A stretch of 64,000 nucleotides of DNA from positions 27,528,001 to 27,592,000 of the forward strand of contig OX597829.1 in assembly GCA_951406725.2 (NCBI GenBank), written 5' to 3'. Position numbers and translations under genes: made by a program. Shown here piece by piece: positions 36,936-51,369 of this stretch. The notes beneath the pieces were generated by a model. It was not told the origin of the DNA. It worked only from the letters and a program-made list of their open reading frames with translations, and did not search any database. Within the stretch, counting starts at the first letter, position 1. Each line of letters begins with the position of its first letter. This stretch comes from Octopus vulgaris (lineage: Eukaryota).

Positions 36936-39199
36936 ATAAAGAAGGGAAGCAAGCTTCTTACCACACAGCCGTACTAGTGCCTATATTCTTTTATTTGTTT
37001 CAGTCACTTGACTGCAGCCATGCTGGAGCATCGCCTTTAGTCTAACAATTCAATAACTGTACTTGTAAGCCTAGTACTTATTCTATCAGTCTCTTTTGCT
37101 GAACCGCTAAGTTATGGGGGGGGCGTAAACACAGCAACATTGGTTGTCAAGCGATGGTGTGGGGACAAACACAGATACACAAACACACACACACACATAT
37201 ATATATACGAAAGACTTCTTTCAGTTTCCATCTACCAAATCCACTCACAAGGCTTTCGTCAGCCCAAGGCTATAGTAGAAGACACTTGCCCAAGGTACCA
37301 TGCCATGGGACTGAACCTGGAACCATGTGGTTCGTAAGCAAGCTACTTACCACACAGCCACTCCTGTTATATTTGGGGATGGTCATTTTTTTTGTCAATT
37401 AACCACATGCACAATTTACTTGGTCTTCACTTTAGCTTTATTATTATTCTTATTTTAGTATCATATAAAAAAAAATAATAATCATAGCAATTTAGAACAA
37501 TATAAACCATAGACATCATTTACGAGCAAGTATGAATTGGTAGTATGTCCCATACTTTTGCTAATTGTTTGTTTATATTAATTGTGTTAGTTTATACTAA
37601 TCGTCAGGAGTATAGACAAACACATTCTTGGCCCTCCCATCTATTGACACAGTGAAATATCATGGGTGTGGCAGCTGGAGGAAGAGATGGTTCCATCAAC
37701 ACTTGGGTGGAACTTATTTGCAGCTGGGTAGCAATGTGAAATGAAGCAACTGGTTCCAGGATACAACACAAACCCTGGTCCATGAATTAATCCCTGATCC
37801 TATCATCCTGAGCTAAATACTATCAACACTAGACCACACATACAACCAACATATTTAATACCTTCCATATCATAACTAAAGTGTTAAACCTTAGACAAGA
37901 AAACAAAAGTGGCTGTGTGGTAAGTAGCTTGCTTACCAACCACATAATTCCAGATTCAGTCCCACTGCATGGCACCTTGGGCAAGTGTCTCCTACTATAG
38001 TCTTGGGTCGACCAAAGCCTTGTGAGTGGATTTGGTAGACAGAAACTGAAAGAAGCCCATCGTATATATGTATATGTGTGTCTATATGCTTGACAACCAA
38101 TGCTGGTGTGTTTACATCCCCTGTAACTTAGCGGTTCAGCAAAAGGGACAGATAGAATAAGCATTGGGGTTGATTTGCTTGACTAAAGGCGGTGCTCCAG
38201 CATAGCCGCAGTCAAATGACTGAAATAAGTAAAAGAATGCTATGTATATCATCATATCTAACACTATTAGTATTATAATAACTAAAATATTAAGCATTAG
38301 GCAAGATAGACAACGCTAGTATATATATAGATCAAGATACAGCTTCTACAGTATTATGAGACAGAAGACAACAGAAGAGATAAGAGGTAAACTTCTATGA
38401 GGAGAGAATATCTAATGAAGAATATGGCACTGTGGTACCTATGTGTATTGTGTTAATGTAGAATATAGTGCAGAAAGAAAGAGAGATAAACCACTACAAG
38501 GATAAGACACTAGTCTGTCACAAATAACATTACCAAATGATTTTATTGTATCTAGGAAGCCTATAGTAATGAAGAGTAGAGTGTTGTGTACAAAAACACT
38601 AAAGGAAGTATGAGACACCAGTCTATCACAAGTAACATTATCAGATGATCTGGTTGTACCTAGGTGGACTGTAGTAATCTATATCTATAAAAGGTAGGAT
38701 GTGTGTGTGTATGTGAATGTACTTTATGCACATCCACAAATTAGCATGCATGTCGCTGCAATTTTAGGAGGACATTGGTCACAACCATGGCTGTGCTTTT
38801 GTCAACTTATTTTTCCCGAGGCACCACCGGATAGTAGTAAAAATAACTTTTCAACCATAACTTTTACCAATTTTCATGTCGGTGACTTCCGTAAGTTTAC
38901 TAACATGAGTCAAGTCCACTGTCTTATAGATTAATTCACCCTACTACAAAGCCTCTGAAAAAATTAGATTTGGACTACCTAAGCAATCTCAGTGTAGGAA
39001 AAGAGTGAGAGCTGAAGAGACTATCAGCAGAACCATTAGTGAAATATTATAACTTTTTGGGCCGAAACCTGGCAATAAGAGCTTGCGGATATTCCACTAC
39101 AAAACATTCAATATTATCGAAGCAGTATTTTCATAAATCAGGGTGTAATTTTTTAAGACACTTTCTGAACCCAGTCAACAATAGGTATTTCTGCTAGTG

Positions 39200-39660
39200 T
39201 AGAATATAGTGTTGGGTACAGAAACACAAAGTGAAGGATGAGAAGTAAACTTGCACCAGGATAAGATATCAGACTATCACAGGTAATACCAGGTTTATAT
39301 CTCATCCTGGGGCTGTGAGTAATGAGAGCCATATCATGCTGCATCACTCCTCCCCCAATATCTTAGGATCTATGCCATGACCTGCATTAAGGCATGGTCA
39401 TCATATTCAAGTTCTCAATCAAGAGGAGGACCTGAAGAGAAAGAAATATGCATGTTCCAGAAAGACATTAATCAGTCTTATAGGGTCCTCACCTCCCAAG
39501 AGTGACTGCCCAAGAATTGTGGCCTCCATAGCTCTCTGGATTTGAACCTCTTGAACTGCCATGTCTGGAGAGCTGGCCAGCAACCTCACAGTTGCTATCC
39601 AGTCACACTTGGTCCTGGTATGCAGTTGCTTTTGTTGCCACACCAAACCTGTCATTAGCA
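39200..39660 (-). pseudogene. Highly decayed LINE (RTE-like) fragment
   Basis: Faint VW....LHTRTK and ATILG...W pattern of the RTE post-RT region, in a GC-richer island. Confidence 0.3.
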
Positions 39661-42600
39661 CTGACAGCAGTTGGTTGATTGGTTGTTTTTTTTTATATAT
39701 ATATATATATTACTAGTCAAATATGTGCCATCTTTTTCTTTTAAAGTATGATTCTTTAAAAAAAATTTTTACTTAGTGTTTTTGTTTTTCTTTGTGCTTA
39801 GTTTTGCTTTTGGTTGCTGCATGCACCTAGTACATTTCAGTGCTAACATACCCAATACATACATTTAAAATAAAAACCAGTGCAACAATAATAAACAAGT
39901 TTAGTCTGCATTATTGCATACAGCTGTGAAATCATTCAACCATAAAACCACAGCAAAAGTTACTGTGCAAAACAACAGAATTTCAAAATACCACCGACTA
40001 TGCAAATAAACAATTTAGATATTTGAGGAGGGAAGTAGGTGGTTGTACTGCAACATAGGAGGAAAGAGTCTGGTGTCACATGTGGGTAATCCATCATAAT
40101 CAACAAGCAGTCTCACATTCCTGATTATGCAATTCATTTCAAGTTAACATCAGGTTAACTAGTAATATGGTTGTTGCCGTTTAGCTCCATGTGAATGCTG
40201 GTCAAGCAGACTAATGATCAAAGGGAATTTCAACTGTGACCAGCTGATCTTTTGAGGGGTTTCTATGACTACAATATCTCATGTATCCTCACCCCACCAC
40301 CTTCTTTTTTTTGTAAGCTAGCAGGATATGATTTGAGAGAGACTTAGCTGCTATTTCTAGTGAACTGTATAACCACATAAGCTCATACATCACAAAGAAG
40401 GGTAGAGCTGGTGTGGAAGTAGAGATGTTAGAATGTAAAGAAGAATAGATACAAACATAATATCTGCAAATTATGGAAATTATTTAAACAATGTAAGTAG
40501 ACTATGTGATGATATAAATGTAGCAAAGATATTTATTCTGTCATAACTAACTAATGTCTAGATTTTGCAGAAAGCTGTGATGTTAGTAAGAAGTTTATGG
40601 AGAGATGTTTATGGCATAGAGAAACAACATGGAGTGTGCTTTACAAAGAAAACTTTTAAGAGAAGTGTGTGTATATATGTGTGCATATATACATAAATAC
40701 ATTACAAGTATACATAAATACAGGCACAGGTATGGCTGTGTTATTAAGAAGCCTGCTTCCCAACTATTTGGTTCCATGTGCAGACCCACCGTGTGACACC
40801 TTGAGCAAGTGTCTTCACCTATAGCTGCAGGCCGGTCAAAGCCTTGCGAGTTTGAATTGATAAAAAGAAAGAAGCACATCATGTGTGTGTATGTATACAC
40901 GAGTCGGTGTCTCCTAGTCTTGATATCACATAATTGCTGGAAATGATTGTTACTGTTGTACATTGTCCTTAATTTCTAGATTTCCATGGAAACATGCCTG
41001 GTCATAGGAAATATTACCTTTCTTCAAAACAGGAGAGGGTTGGTGACAGGAAGGGCATCCAGCAGTTAAATATCTGTCTCAGAAAATTTTGCCTCATGCA
41101 AACTTGGAAAAGTGGACGTTAATATGACAACGATGATGGTGATGATGATGATATGTAACAATCAAAAGCCTATGGAAAATTGCTCTTGGCAGAGAAAGAC
41201 AATACAAAATGTACTTTTGAAAGGAAACTTTTAAAAGGCAGTTGGCAAGAACTGGATACTGAATGATAAAATCTGGGAACCAAGAAAACTATTTTGGTCT
41301 GCAGCATTGAAAACAATTAATACAAAAAGTGAATACATTGAAGAATTCAAGAAGTTGAATTGTGGCAATGTAAATTGATCTATGAAGTCTTTCCCTGCTA
41401 GCATTGAACTGGAATGGTAATATATGACTTGTAGGTGATGCATGAATATCAGAGGATTTGGGAAAGCTATTTGAGGTTTAGAGTAAACAACCAATGCCTT
41501 TCTCATCTATGGTTAAAACTGACAGACTGCAAAGTTATTGCACCTTCTACCTATTGCTGGGTGATATATCAGATAACATACCTATACCAACCAATCTTAT
41601 AATGTTTTGACTGCGAAGACCCGACAAATGAAGTGAGTTCATGGCTCGCAGGACAGCCTGCTGTGCTAACCTTGGATTGTAGAGTAACCCGCTGTGCTTC
41701 AGGAGACCTATTGAGTCAAGTACGTCAACATCAACATCAAAATAAAAATCAAATGGAAATTGTAGTTGTGATACCCATGCCAGTGGCAAGTAAAAAGCAC
41801 CATCCGAACATGGCTGATGCCAGCGCCACCTGACTGACGTCCGTGTCAGTAACACATAAAAAGCACCAATTGATCGTGGCTCTTTGCCAGCCTCCTCTGG
41901 CCCCTGTGCCAGTGGCACGTAAAAAGCACCCACTACACTCACAGAGTGGTTGGTGTTAAGAAGGGTATCCAGCTGTAGAAACACTGCCAGATCAGACTGG
42001 AGCCTGGTGCAGCCTCCTGGCTTCCCAGACCCCGGTCGAACCGTCCAACCCATGCTAGCATGGAAAACAGATGTTAAACGATGATGATGATGTGTGACAA
42101 AGAGCTAATGCCACTAAATGTACTTCTAATCACCTTAGACCTTAGATTACCTATCAAATTCAGACTACTCCTGTTTCATTAAAGTGATATAAATTAAAAA
42201 CTTCCATTAAAATTTTCATGTTAATTTGTTCTAAACACCAGCTTAATAATGACAAAGTTACTTTACCAAATTCCTCATTATTTTCAAAATTATATGAAAC
42301 AAAAGTAGTGTATTTCAACAAAATTACCTGCTTCTATAGGTGCGGGCATGGATGTGTGGTTAAGAAGCATAATTTATTTCAGATTCAATTCTACTGTACA
42401 GTATCTTGAGCAAATACCTTCTATTATAACTCCAGGCCTATCAATGCCTTGCGAGTGAATTTGGTAGGCAGAAACTATGTGGAAGCCCATCATATACATG
42501 TGTGTGTATATTTGTGTTTGAACGGCAGCGAGCCGGCAGAACCGTTAGCACGCCGGGCGAAATGCGTAGCCGTATTTCATCCGCCGCTACGTTTTGAGTT

Positions 42601-43316
42601 CAAATTCCGCCAAGGTCGACTTTGCCTTTCATCCTTTCGGGGTCGATAAATTAAGTACCAGTTTCGCACTGGGGCTGATGTAAATGACTTTAATCCCTTT
42701 GTCTATCCTTGTTTATCCCCTCTATGTTTAGCCCCTTGTGGGTAGTAAAGAAATATATATTTGTGTTTGAACCCCTATCCCCATACCACTTGACAACTGT
42801 GTTGGTTTGTTTATGTCCCCATAACTTAGCAGTTTGGCAAAGAGACTGATAGAATAAATATCAGACTTTAAAGAAATAACCAAAACACATGAGTACTGAG
42901 GGTGATATGTTCAACCAAAATTCTTCAAGTTGGTGCCCCAGCATGGCTGCAGTCTAATGAGTGAAACAGGTAAAAGAACTATATGACAATGAACAAATAT
43001 ACAATCATACATGCACACAATCTGCACAACAGAACAATATTTTTAACAACAACTAGATTTTTGGGAATCTTTCTGAGGAATATTTTTCTAGATTTTAAAT
43101 GCTAACTGCTCAACCGCTACTTCTGCTGTATAATACATTCCTGTCCGACCCATGCCAGCAAGGAAAAGCAGAAACAAAAATAATGATGTTGAATGCAGTA
43201 ACGGCATGTGGCTTAGTAGTTAGGGTATTCAGATTCTGATCGTATTGTCGTGAGTTCGATTCCCAATGGCAGGTTGTGTTTTTGAGCAAGACACTTTATT
43301 TCATGTTACTCCAGTC

Positions 43317-43505
43317 CAGTACTCTGCAACCAGTATGCCATGGCACATTGGTGTTCCACAAGACGATGCTAGGTGTGCCACAATGTAACCCGAATATAAT
43401 TTTTTTCTCTCTATACTTTTAATTATATTTTTAGTTCAGGTGTGCTACCGATTTTTGAAACGAATATTAGTGTGCTGCAAGTGAAAAAAAGGTTGCGGAG
43501 TACTG
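43317..43505. mobile_element. hAT MITE nested in a SINE
   Basis: TIRs are CAGTACTCTGCAACC and GGTTGCGGAGTACTG. The flanks ctccagtc and atctagtc match at 6 of 8 positions. Confidence 0.75.
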
Positions 43506-43607
43506 ATCTAGTCCTCTCAGCTGATGAAAATGAATAGTACCTGTATTTCAAAGGGCCAGCCTTGTTGCATTCTGTGCCATGCCAAATCTCCCTCAGGACT
43601 ATCTTAA

Positions 43608-44114
43608 CCCCTTGACAACGGTTGACGCAAATATGCAATCACACTCTTGCTTGCCTACCTGCAGTTAACGTAAATATTTGATGTAGAGCTGCCCAATATT
43701 TATCACAGACTTTTTAGCGGTTGACGTATGTTTACGCTCGCTATTGTGTACTTTATCACTTGAGGTGCGCTCGCTCGCTGTCCTGTGCATTATCTTAGCT
43801 ATTTTAGGTTACGCTCAAGTAGACCAATGACATGTGGATACTTTACATGCATAATACCGTGTTTTGAGTTGTGCCATACGCAAGCTATTTTTTTAACTTG
43901 AGCAGAATAACTCGTGCATATCATATTATGATAAATAGCTTCACATAGTTCGTTTTCATAAACCGGTAGACGTAAACCGGTAGACACTATGTTATTGTAA
44001 CAGTGAATGTAAATAGATGTGGGCTCATTGGCACTTGTGTGTTTGTGTGGCTTCATTAGATAGAAAAACCGGAGCAGTGTCTCGCATGCTTCAGGTAATA
44101 CTAGCATCAAGGGA
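43608..44114. mobile_element. piggyBac-like non-autonomous element nested in the same SINE
   Basis: TTAA|CCCCTTGA...TCAAGGGA|TTAA. SINE-like sequence appears to resume after the TTAA. Confidence 0.75.
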
Positions 44115-45726
44115 TTAAAGGTATGCCTGTTTGTGGAGTACTCGGCTATTTGCACATTAATTTCATAAGCAGGCTGTTATGTTGATTGGCTCAACTGGAA
44201 CCATCGTTGTCATAACTGACGGAGTGCCAGATGCATTCCTGTATTCTAGCTTTTGGTAAAAAGGTATACTCTGTCCTTGTGTGTTCTAAGAGGTGACTGA
44301 AAAGGTTGAAGCCAGGAAGAGCACCCAACACAGTAAAATAATACTGCCTCAAATAAGTCCTGTCCAGCCCATGACAGCAAGGAAAAGCAGACACAAAAAT
44401 GGTGATGTTGAATGCAGTTAAATTCCCCATGTTCACTTAAGCATTTCACTAGTATAGCTATTACTGAAATAGTTACTATTTTTCCTCCTCTTCCACACAT
44501 ACACACACACCCTACTACTACTGCTACTACCAGTATGAACATTGGTATCACAGCTGATACCATCAGCATAGCAACCAAGAGTAAACAACCATTTTTACTT
44601 TAAGAGATATTTACTGCAACTGTTTTAGTCTGTGAAAAGATGTGTTGCCCAGAATGTAAGGAATTAAAAAATTATACATTCTTTTTGCATTGTAAGATGC
44701 TTTCCATTAATTCAATCTTTCTTGAATCTCAATGCTTCAAGCAAACTACTACACTCTTCTATTTCAGTAGTAACTTAACAAACATTTCATCACTATCAAC
44801 ATGGGTACTGGCATAAGAAGTTTACTTCCCAACCACATGGTTCCAGGTTCAGTCCTGCTGCGTGGCACCTTGGACAAGTGTTTTCTACTATAGACTTAGA
44901 CCAACCAAAGCCTGGTGAGTGGATTTGGTAGACAGAAACTGAAAGAATCCTGTTGCGTGTGTGTGTGCATGTGTGTGTGCTTGTCCCCCACCACTGCCTT
45001 ACAACTGGTGTTGGTGAGTTTATGTTCCTGTAACTTAGCGGTTCATCAGAAGAATGGATAGAATAAGTACCAGGCTTAAAAAAAAAGTCCTAGGGTTCAT
45101 TTATTTGACTAAAAATTCTTCACGGCAGAGCCCAAGCATGGTTACAGTCAAATGAGTAAAAGATAAAAGGTGGGCACAGGCATGGTTCTGTAGTTAACAG
45201 ATTGCTTTGAAACCATATGGTTCCAGGTTCAGTCCCACTGCCTGACATTTTGGACAAGAACCTTGTATGCCATGTGAATAAACTTAGCAGATGGAAACTG
45301 TGTGGAAGCTCATCATGCATGCATGTCTGCGTGTGTTTGTTTTTGCATGTGTGTTTCCTCCCACATACACAGCTTGACAACTACTGTTGGTTTGTTTACA
45401 TTCCTCAAACTTAATGGTTTAACAAAATAGACTAACAATAAATACCAAGTGTAAAATGAAAAATAAATACAGGGGGTCAACTTGTTCAGCTAAACCCTTC
45501 AAGGTGGTGCTCCAGCCTGGCCAAGGTCCAGTGAATGAAACAAGTACAAGGTGAATGGAATAACTAGATAAGGAAGGAAATTGGCTAGTGCTAAATTGGA
45601 AACACTGCGGATAATGTACAATGTTAGAATAATTTTTTTTGTTCTTAATATCAATCATCTTATGAAAAATTGTTGTAGAAAAATTTTGCAAGACAAGTCT
45701 TGCACTGAAATTCAGGTTATTCCACA

Positions 45727-46152
45727 TTAATCCTTTAGCATTTAAACAAGCCATTATATCTGGCCCAAATGTTCTACCTGTTTTATGTTCAAACTGGCCA
45801 GATCCAGCCTCTCCCACTTACCCTACAATGTAATTCTGAAAATAAATGATCACATCTTCAAAATCTTGAAGCTACAAGATAATACGTGATTAATTTTATT
45901 AAATGTGGATAAAGATAAGCATTACATTTTATAAATTAATCTGAACGCTAAAAGGTTAAACTGGTCACATCAGGCCAAAATATTCTCCCTGCTTTGTGTT
46001 AAAATCAGCCAGATCTAGTCTCTCACACCTACTCTACAATGTCTATCTAAAACTAAGCAATCACCTTATCAAATCTCAAAGCTACAAAATAATGCATGAT
46101 TAATTCAGGACAAATGAATGAGTAAGACTAATCTGAATGCTAAAGGGTTAAC
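45727..46152 (+). mobile_element. piggyBac-like MITE with tandem partial copy (relatives at 61355-61740, minus)
   Basis: TTAATCCTTTAGC...GCTAAAAGGTTAA, followed by a second unit ending GCTAAAGGGTTAA. Confidence 0.7.
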
Positions 46153-46799
46153 AGTAGAGAAAATAATATTAACCTAGTCATTTTTTCTCAGTCAAAATTC
46201 AAGAGTTTAAATCCTATGGCTTTGTTTAGTACTGTTCACTATTCAAAGAACTAAGTATATCTGCCTAGCAGGAGGACAGGCGCAAAAACAAAAAGAATAA
46301 CAGGACACTGACACTAATTTCAATGGAACCGACACTCAGTTCTGCCACATACAAAGAGGGTTTCTTTTATTACTTATTTTTTTTTTACTTGTTTCAGTCA
46401 CTGGATGGAAGGTATGCTGGGGCACAGCCTTAAAAGGTTTTACATCTGGTACTTATTCTATCAGTTTCCTTTGCCAAACCACTAAGTTTCAGGAACGTAA
46501 ACAAACCAGCACCTGTAGTTATATGGTGGACAGGGAAGAACAAACAGATACACACATGCACAAACACACACACATGCAAACACACACATACACACACACA
46601 ACAGGCTTCCACACTGTTTCTGATTATGAAGTCCACTCACAAGAAGCCATTGGCTTCTACTAAAGTAGAAGACAATAGTCCCAGGTGCTACACTGTGGGA
46701 CTGAACTTCAAATCACACGGTTACAAAGTGAACAGTTGTTTTTTGGGGGTTTTTTTCTCTGGAGGAAGTAGTGGTTTGATCTGGAGGAAAAGGCGGTGC

Positions 46800-48480
46800 C
46801 CATTCTATTTGCAGGCCTTCTGAGACTGGTGAAACTGATGCTGTTTATGTTCCACTTGAACTGTTACAAATCAAAATATGAGCAGAGAGATAATTTCTGA
46901 GGATAACATTCTGAGGGAGCCAAGACTGAGATTTGTAGTTAGCATGGAGTCAGGATACAATACTGATGATGAGAGGAGGAGAAAGAAATGAGTTAGAAAT
47001 GCCTGAGTGGGGGTGGCTATGAGATTAACCAGCACTGAAAAGCAGATACAACTATGGTTGTAATATGAAAAGTAGAGAGTAGAGAGAAGGTTGCAGGCTG
47101 GCAGATTCGTTAACACACCAGACGAGTGTTTTGTGGAATTTCGTCTGTCTTTACATTCTGAGTTCAAATACTGCAGAGGTTGATTTTGCATTTCATCCTT
47201 TCAGGATCAATAAAATAATTATCAGTTGAGCACTGGGGTTGATGTAATCAACTTTACCCTCTCCGCTGAAATTGCTGACAATGGGCCAAAATTTGAAAGT
47301 AATATGAAAAGTAGAGAGAATGAGCAGAACATATCTGAAAGAGCAGCTGAAGATAATTGATAATAAATTTGTGTCAACCAATTGAGTAGCCTTTATTTGG
47401 GTGTAAAGAAGAATGTCCAAGTTTGTAGTAGTGGTACCATTCCAATATAGAAGAGCAGCACACTATTAAGGTCTCACCTGAGCTACATAGAGGTTCGATA
47501 TTGCCAGGGTCAGTGAGCTGGCAGAATTGTTAGCATGCTGGGCGAAATGCTTAATGATATTTCATCTGCCTATTATGTTCTGAGCTCAAATTCCGCCGAG
47601 GTCGACTTTACCTTTCATACTTTCGGGGTTGATCAATTAAGTACCAGTTACGCACTGGGGTCGATGTAATCGACTTAATCCGTTTGTCTGTCCTTGTTTG
47701 TCCACTCTGTGTTTAGCCCCTTCTGGGTAGTAAAGAAATAGGTATTTCATCTGCCGTTACGTTCTGAGTTCAAATTCCGCTGAGGTCGACTTTGCCTTTC
47801 ATCCTTTCAGGGCCAATTAAATAAGTACCAGTTATGCACTGGAGGTTGATGTAATCAACTTAATCCCTCTGTCTGTCCTTGTTTAGCCCCCTGTGGGCAA
47901 TAAAGAAAAAAATATTGCCAGGGTCTGGCGTATTTTCTGACTCTGAAGAGGAAGGTTAGCATATCTTTATAATGTTGAGCATGTGTATCCACTCAGAGAT
48001 ATGCTGAGTGATAGTGATACTTAGTCAAGTGGGTTCTAATTGCATGCTGTTCAGATTTAGCAATGGGAGGCGGCAGCAATATTTTCTTGATATGTGCAGC
48101 TGGAGAGAAGAGTATTATGGCAACACTGGAGAACTGTTTTAGAAGTTTCTATACAGAAAGAGTGAAGTTTATTGGGAAAAGATGAGTTGATGCAGCCTCT
48201 TACACATAGATATAGAAGAGTGTGGAAGAGTGAGGAGGATGGGCTTTTATACATAGGGGCCGGTGAATGATGGTGTATCAGTGTTGAGGATGGTGATAGG
48301 GAATACAGTTTGTTGCTTACCACATCACAGATGTCTAGGGAAATGAGAGATGGGAGTGGGTATGAGTGATAAGATGACTGAAGTGAGTGATGGATGGAGG
48401 AGGAAAAGAAGGCAACAGATAGAATAAGAATGGTCTGATAGAATCTCTTCAGACACAGGTGAAGGACAGGCAGATGAGAT
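46800..48480 (-). pseudogene. Decayed CR1/Jockey-like LINE interrupted by SINEs
   Basis: An LYVAQVRP...LD.L...Q.KA thumb-like motif lies near 47380-47500. The flanking sequence is purine-rich on the + strand. Confidence 0.4.
47509..47911 (+). mobile_element. Dimeric family-B SINE with TSD
   Basis: A full monomer plus a 5'-truncated second monomer. atattgccagggtc is repeated at 47498-47511 and 47912-47925. Another dimer is at 50150-50545 (minus). Confidence 0.88.
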
Positions 48481-49219
48481 GAGATGGTCAGGGATGTGAA
48501 GGCTGGCAGTGAAAAACAAGGGCACATATCTATATACCCCAACCATATCACTGCCCTCAATGCTTCCTTTATCATAGGTGGTCTGGTCTTTTGCAGTGTA
48601 TCAGCAATCAATATAATTCTTTGTTACCTCAAAGAAACGCAGTACTTTCAGATTAGTCTTTATTCCAAGTCTTCTTTGGCTCCCCTCTTCCACAAGTTCT
48701 ACTAACTTTAAACAATTGCCACTTCCTTAAGCAGAAAATCATCATCCATACACCTCACATACTCATACGTACACAGCCTTCTCTTATGTACATCTGATTC
48801 ATCTTATACCACCATGATATCTCTCAGCTCAATTTATACTCTGGCATCCATACACACTGACATTATATGGCCAATGGACATATTTGCTTTATTTCTTTTT
48901 AAACTTTACCAGTCCATTCAAGATCTACATTTCACTACCATGCAGCATTACAGTTCAAATATATGTATCATACAATCTCTTCACACTGAAGGTGAAGACT
49001 TTTGCTGTCAGCAGAGTCTATAGTTCACTGAACTTTTTCAAATCTACTCTTATCCAAGCTACTATAATTCTGTTCCTGATCATTTGTGCTAAGATTCTCT
49101 ACATAACCTTCAGAAGCTTGCTCAAACAACTCGATATCTCTGTAATTTCCCCTCTCTCAAGCATATCCTTTGCTCTTGCAGTAGTTTATAATGTTATTGC
49201 TACCCAAGTCATTAAGATT

Positions 49220-50152
49220 TCATCATCATCATCATTGTTTAACGTCTGCTTTCCATGCTGGCATGGGTTGGACGATTTGACCGAGAACTGGCAAACCAGA
49301 TGGCTACACCAGGCTCCAATCTGATCTGGCAGAGTTTCTACAGCTGGATGCCCTTCCTAATGCCAATAACTCCGAGAGTGTAGTGGGTGCTTTTATGTGC
49401 CACTAGCACGAGGGCCAGTCAGGCAGTACTGGCAATGGCCTTGCTCAAATGGTGTTTTTTACATGCCACCTGCACAGGAGCCAGTCCAGTGGCACTGCCA
49501 ATGACCTCGCTCGCATATTTTTTCACGGCACAAGTACCAGTAAGGTGACGCTGGTAACGTCACACTTGAATAGTGCTATGCCACCGGCACAGAAGCCAGT
49601 TTGTTACTCTGGCAACAATCACACTTTGATGGTGCTCTTAGCACTCCACTAGCACGGATGCCAGTCATTGAATTTGATTTCAATTTCACTTGCATCAACA
49701 GGTCTTCGCAAGCAGAGTTTAGTGTCCCCAGAAGGAAAGGTATGCATAAGTGGGCTAGTTACACCCCTGGCATAGGCCACGGTTATGGTCTCACTTGGCT
49801 TGCCGGGTCTTCTCAAGCACAGCATATTTCCAAAAGTCTCGGTCACTAGTCATTGCCTCGGTGAGGTCTAATGTTCGAAGGTCGTGCTTCACCACCTCAT
49901 CCCAGGTCTTCCTGGGTCTACCTCTTCCACAGGTTCCCTCAACCGCTAGGATGTGGCACTTTTTTACACAGCTATCCTCATCCTTTCCAGCCACGTGACC
50001 ATACCAGCACAGTCGTCTCTCTTGCACACCACATCTGATGCTTCTTAGGTCCAACTTTTCTCTCAAGGTATTTACACTCTGTTGAGTATGCACACTGGCA
50101 TTACACATCCAGCGGAGCATACTAGCTTCATTCCTTGCAAGCTTACGCATTC
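49220..50152 (-). mobile_element. RTE LINE 3' end (ORF C-terminus, UTR and (GAT)n tail)
   Basis: MLRWMC...RRLCWYGHV...GRGRPRKTWDEVV..DL, followed by the UTR and a (CAT)n tract on the + strand. Confidence 0.9.
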
Positions 50153-51331
50153 TTTTCTACTCTAGGCACAAGGCCCGAGATTTTGGGGGAGGGAGCAATT
50201 GATTAGATCGACCCAAGTATGCAAGTGGTACTTAATTTATCGACCCTGAAAGGATGAAAGGCAGTCAACCTCAGTGGAATTTCAGCTCAGAATGTAAAGA
50301 CAGACGAAATACCTATTTCTTTACAACCCACAAGGGGCTAAACACAGAGAGGACAAACAAGGACAGACAAACAGATTAAGTCGATTATATCGACCCCAGT
50401 GCATAACTGGTACTTATTTAATCGACCCTGAAAAGATGAAAGGCAAAGTCGACCTCAGCGGAATTTGAACTCAGAACGTAGCAGCAGACGAAATACCGCT
50501 AAGCATTTCCCCCAGCGTGCTAATGTTTCTGCCAGCTCACCACCTATTTTACTTGATTAACTATTCAGATGGTTAACATGTAACCTACTTTGCCAGATAC
50601 ATTGAGCATCCCAGTGAATGTACCCAATGGACCAGCAGCTTTCCCTGCCTTCATTGCTCTATTAATCTATCTATTATACTGGTTTCATCTTGAATTGCCA
50701 ATGCCTCTAAAGGCTCAGCACAAGGAACACCCTCTTTATTCCATACATTCTTCACATTCAACATCGTATATTTTGCATTTCCATGCTTGTAATGCATAGT
50801 TTTTGTCATCAGACAAGTGTACCTGTCTCCATCATTAAAGATTCACTTCTCTCTCTACCTTTTCTACCTCTACTACAACAAAGACTATACCTTGCAATTA
50901 TTATATCATGCATATCATATCATAAAGCATGCTTTAGTAAAGCATTTGCAGTTTCTGGCCATTTTTTTTTTTTCATATATTCCAAAATAAATAATATTAA
51001 GGAATAAGTGTCAGATAAAGGCATGGCTATGTGGTAACAAGCTTGCTTCCCAACCACATGGTTCCAGGTTCAGTCCCACTGATAGGCACCTTGGGCAAAT
51101 GTCTTCTACTATAGGACCCACCAAACACTTGCAAGTGAATTTGGTAGATGAAAACTGAAAGAAATCTGTTGTATTCGAATATGGTCATTGCAGTGCTACC
51201 TGACTGGCCCTTGTGCCAGTGGGATGTAAAAATCACCTACTATACTCTCAGAGTGGTGAAGATGTAGTGGGTGCTTTTTACATACCACTAGCAACAACCA
51301 CATTCGAATGGTACTTTTTACGTTGTATGTA

Positions 51332-51369
<38 letters not shown>

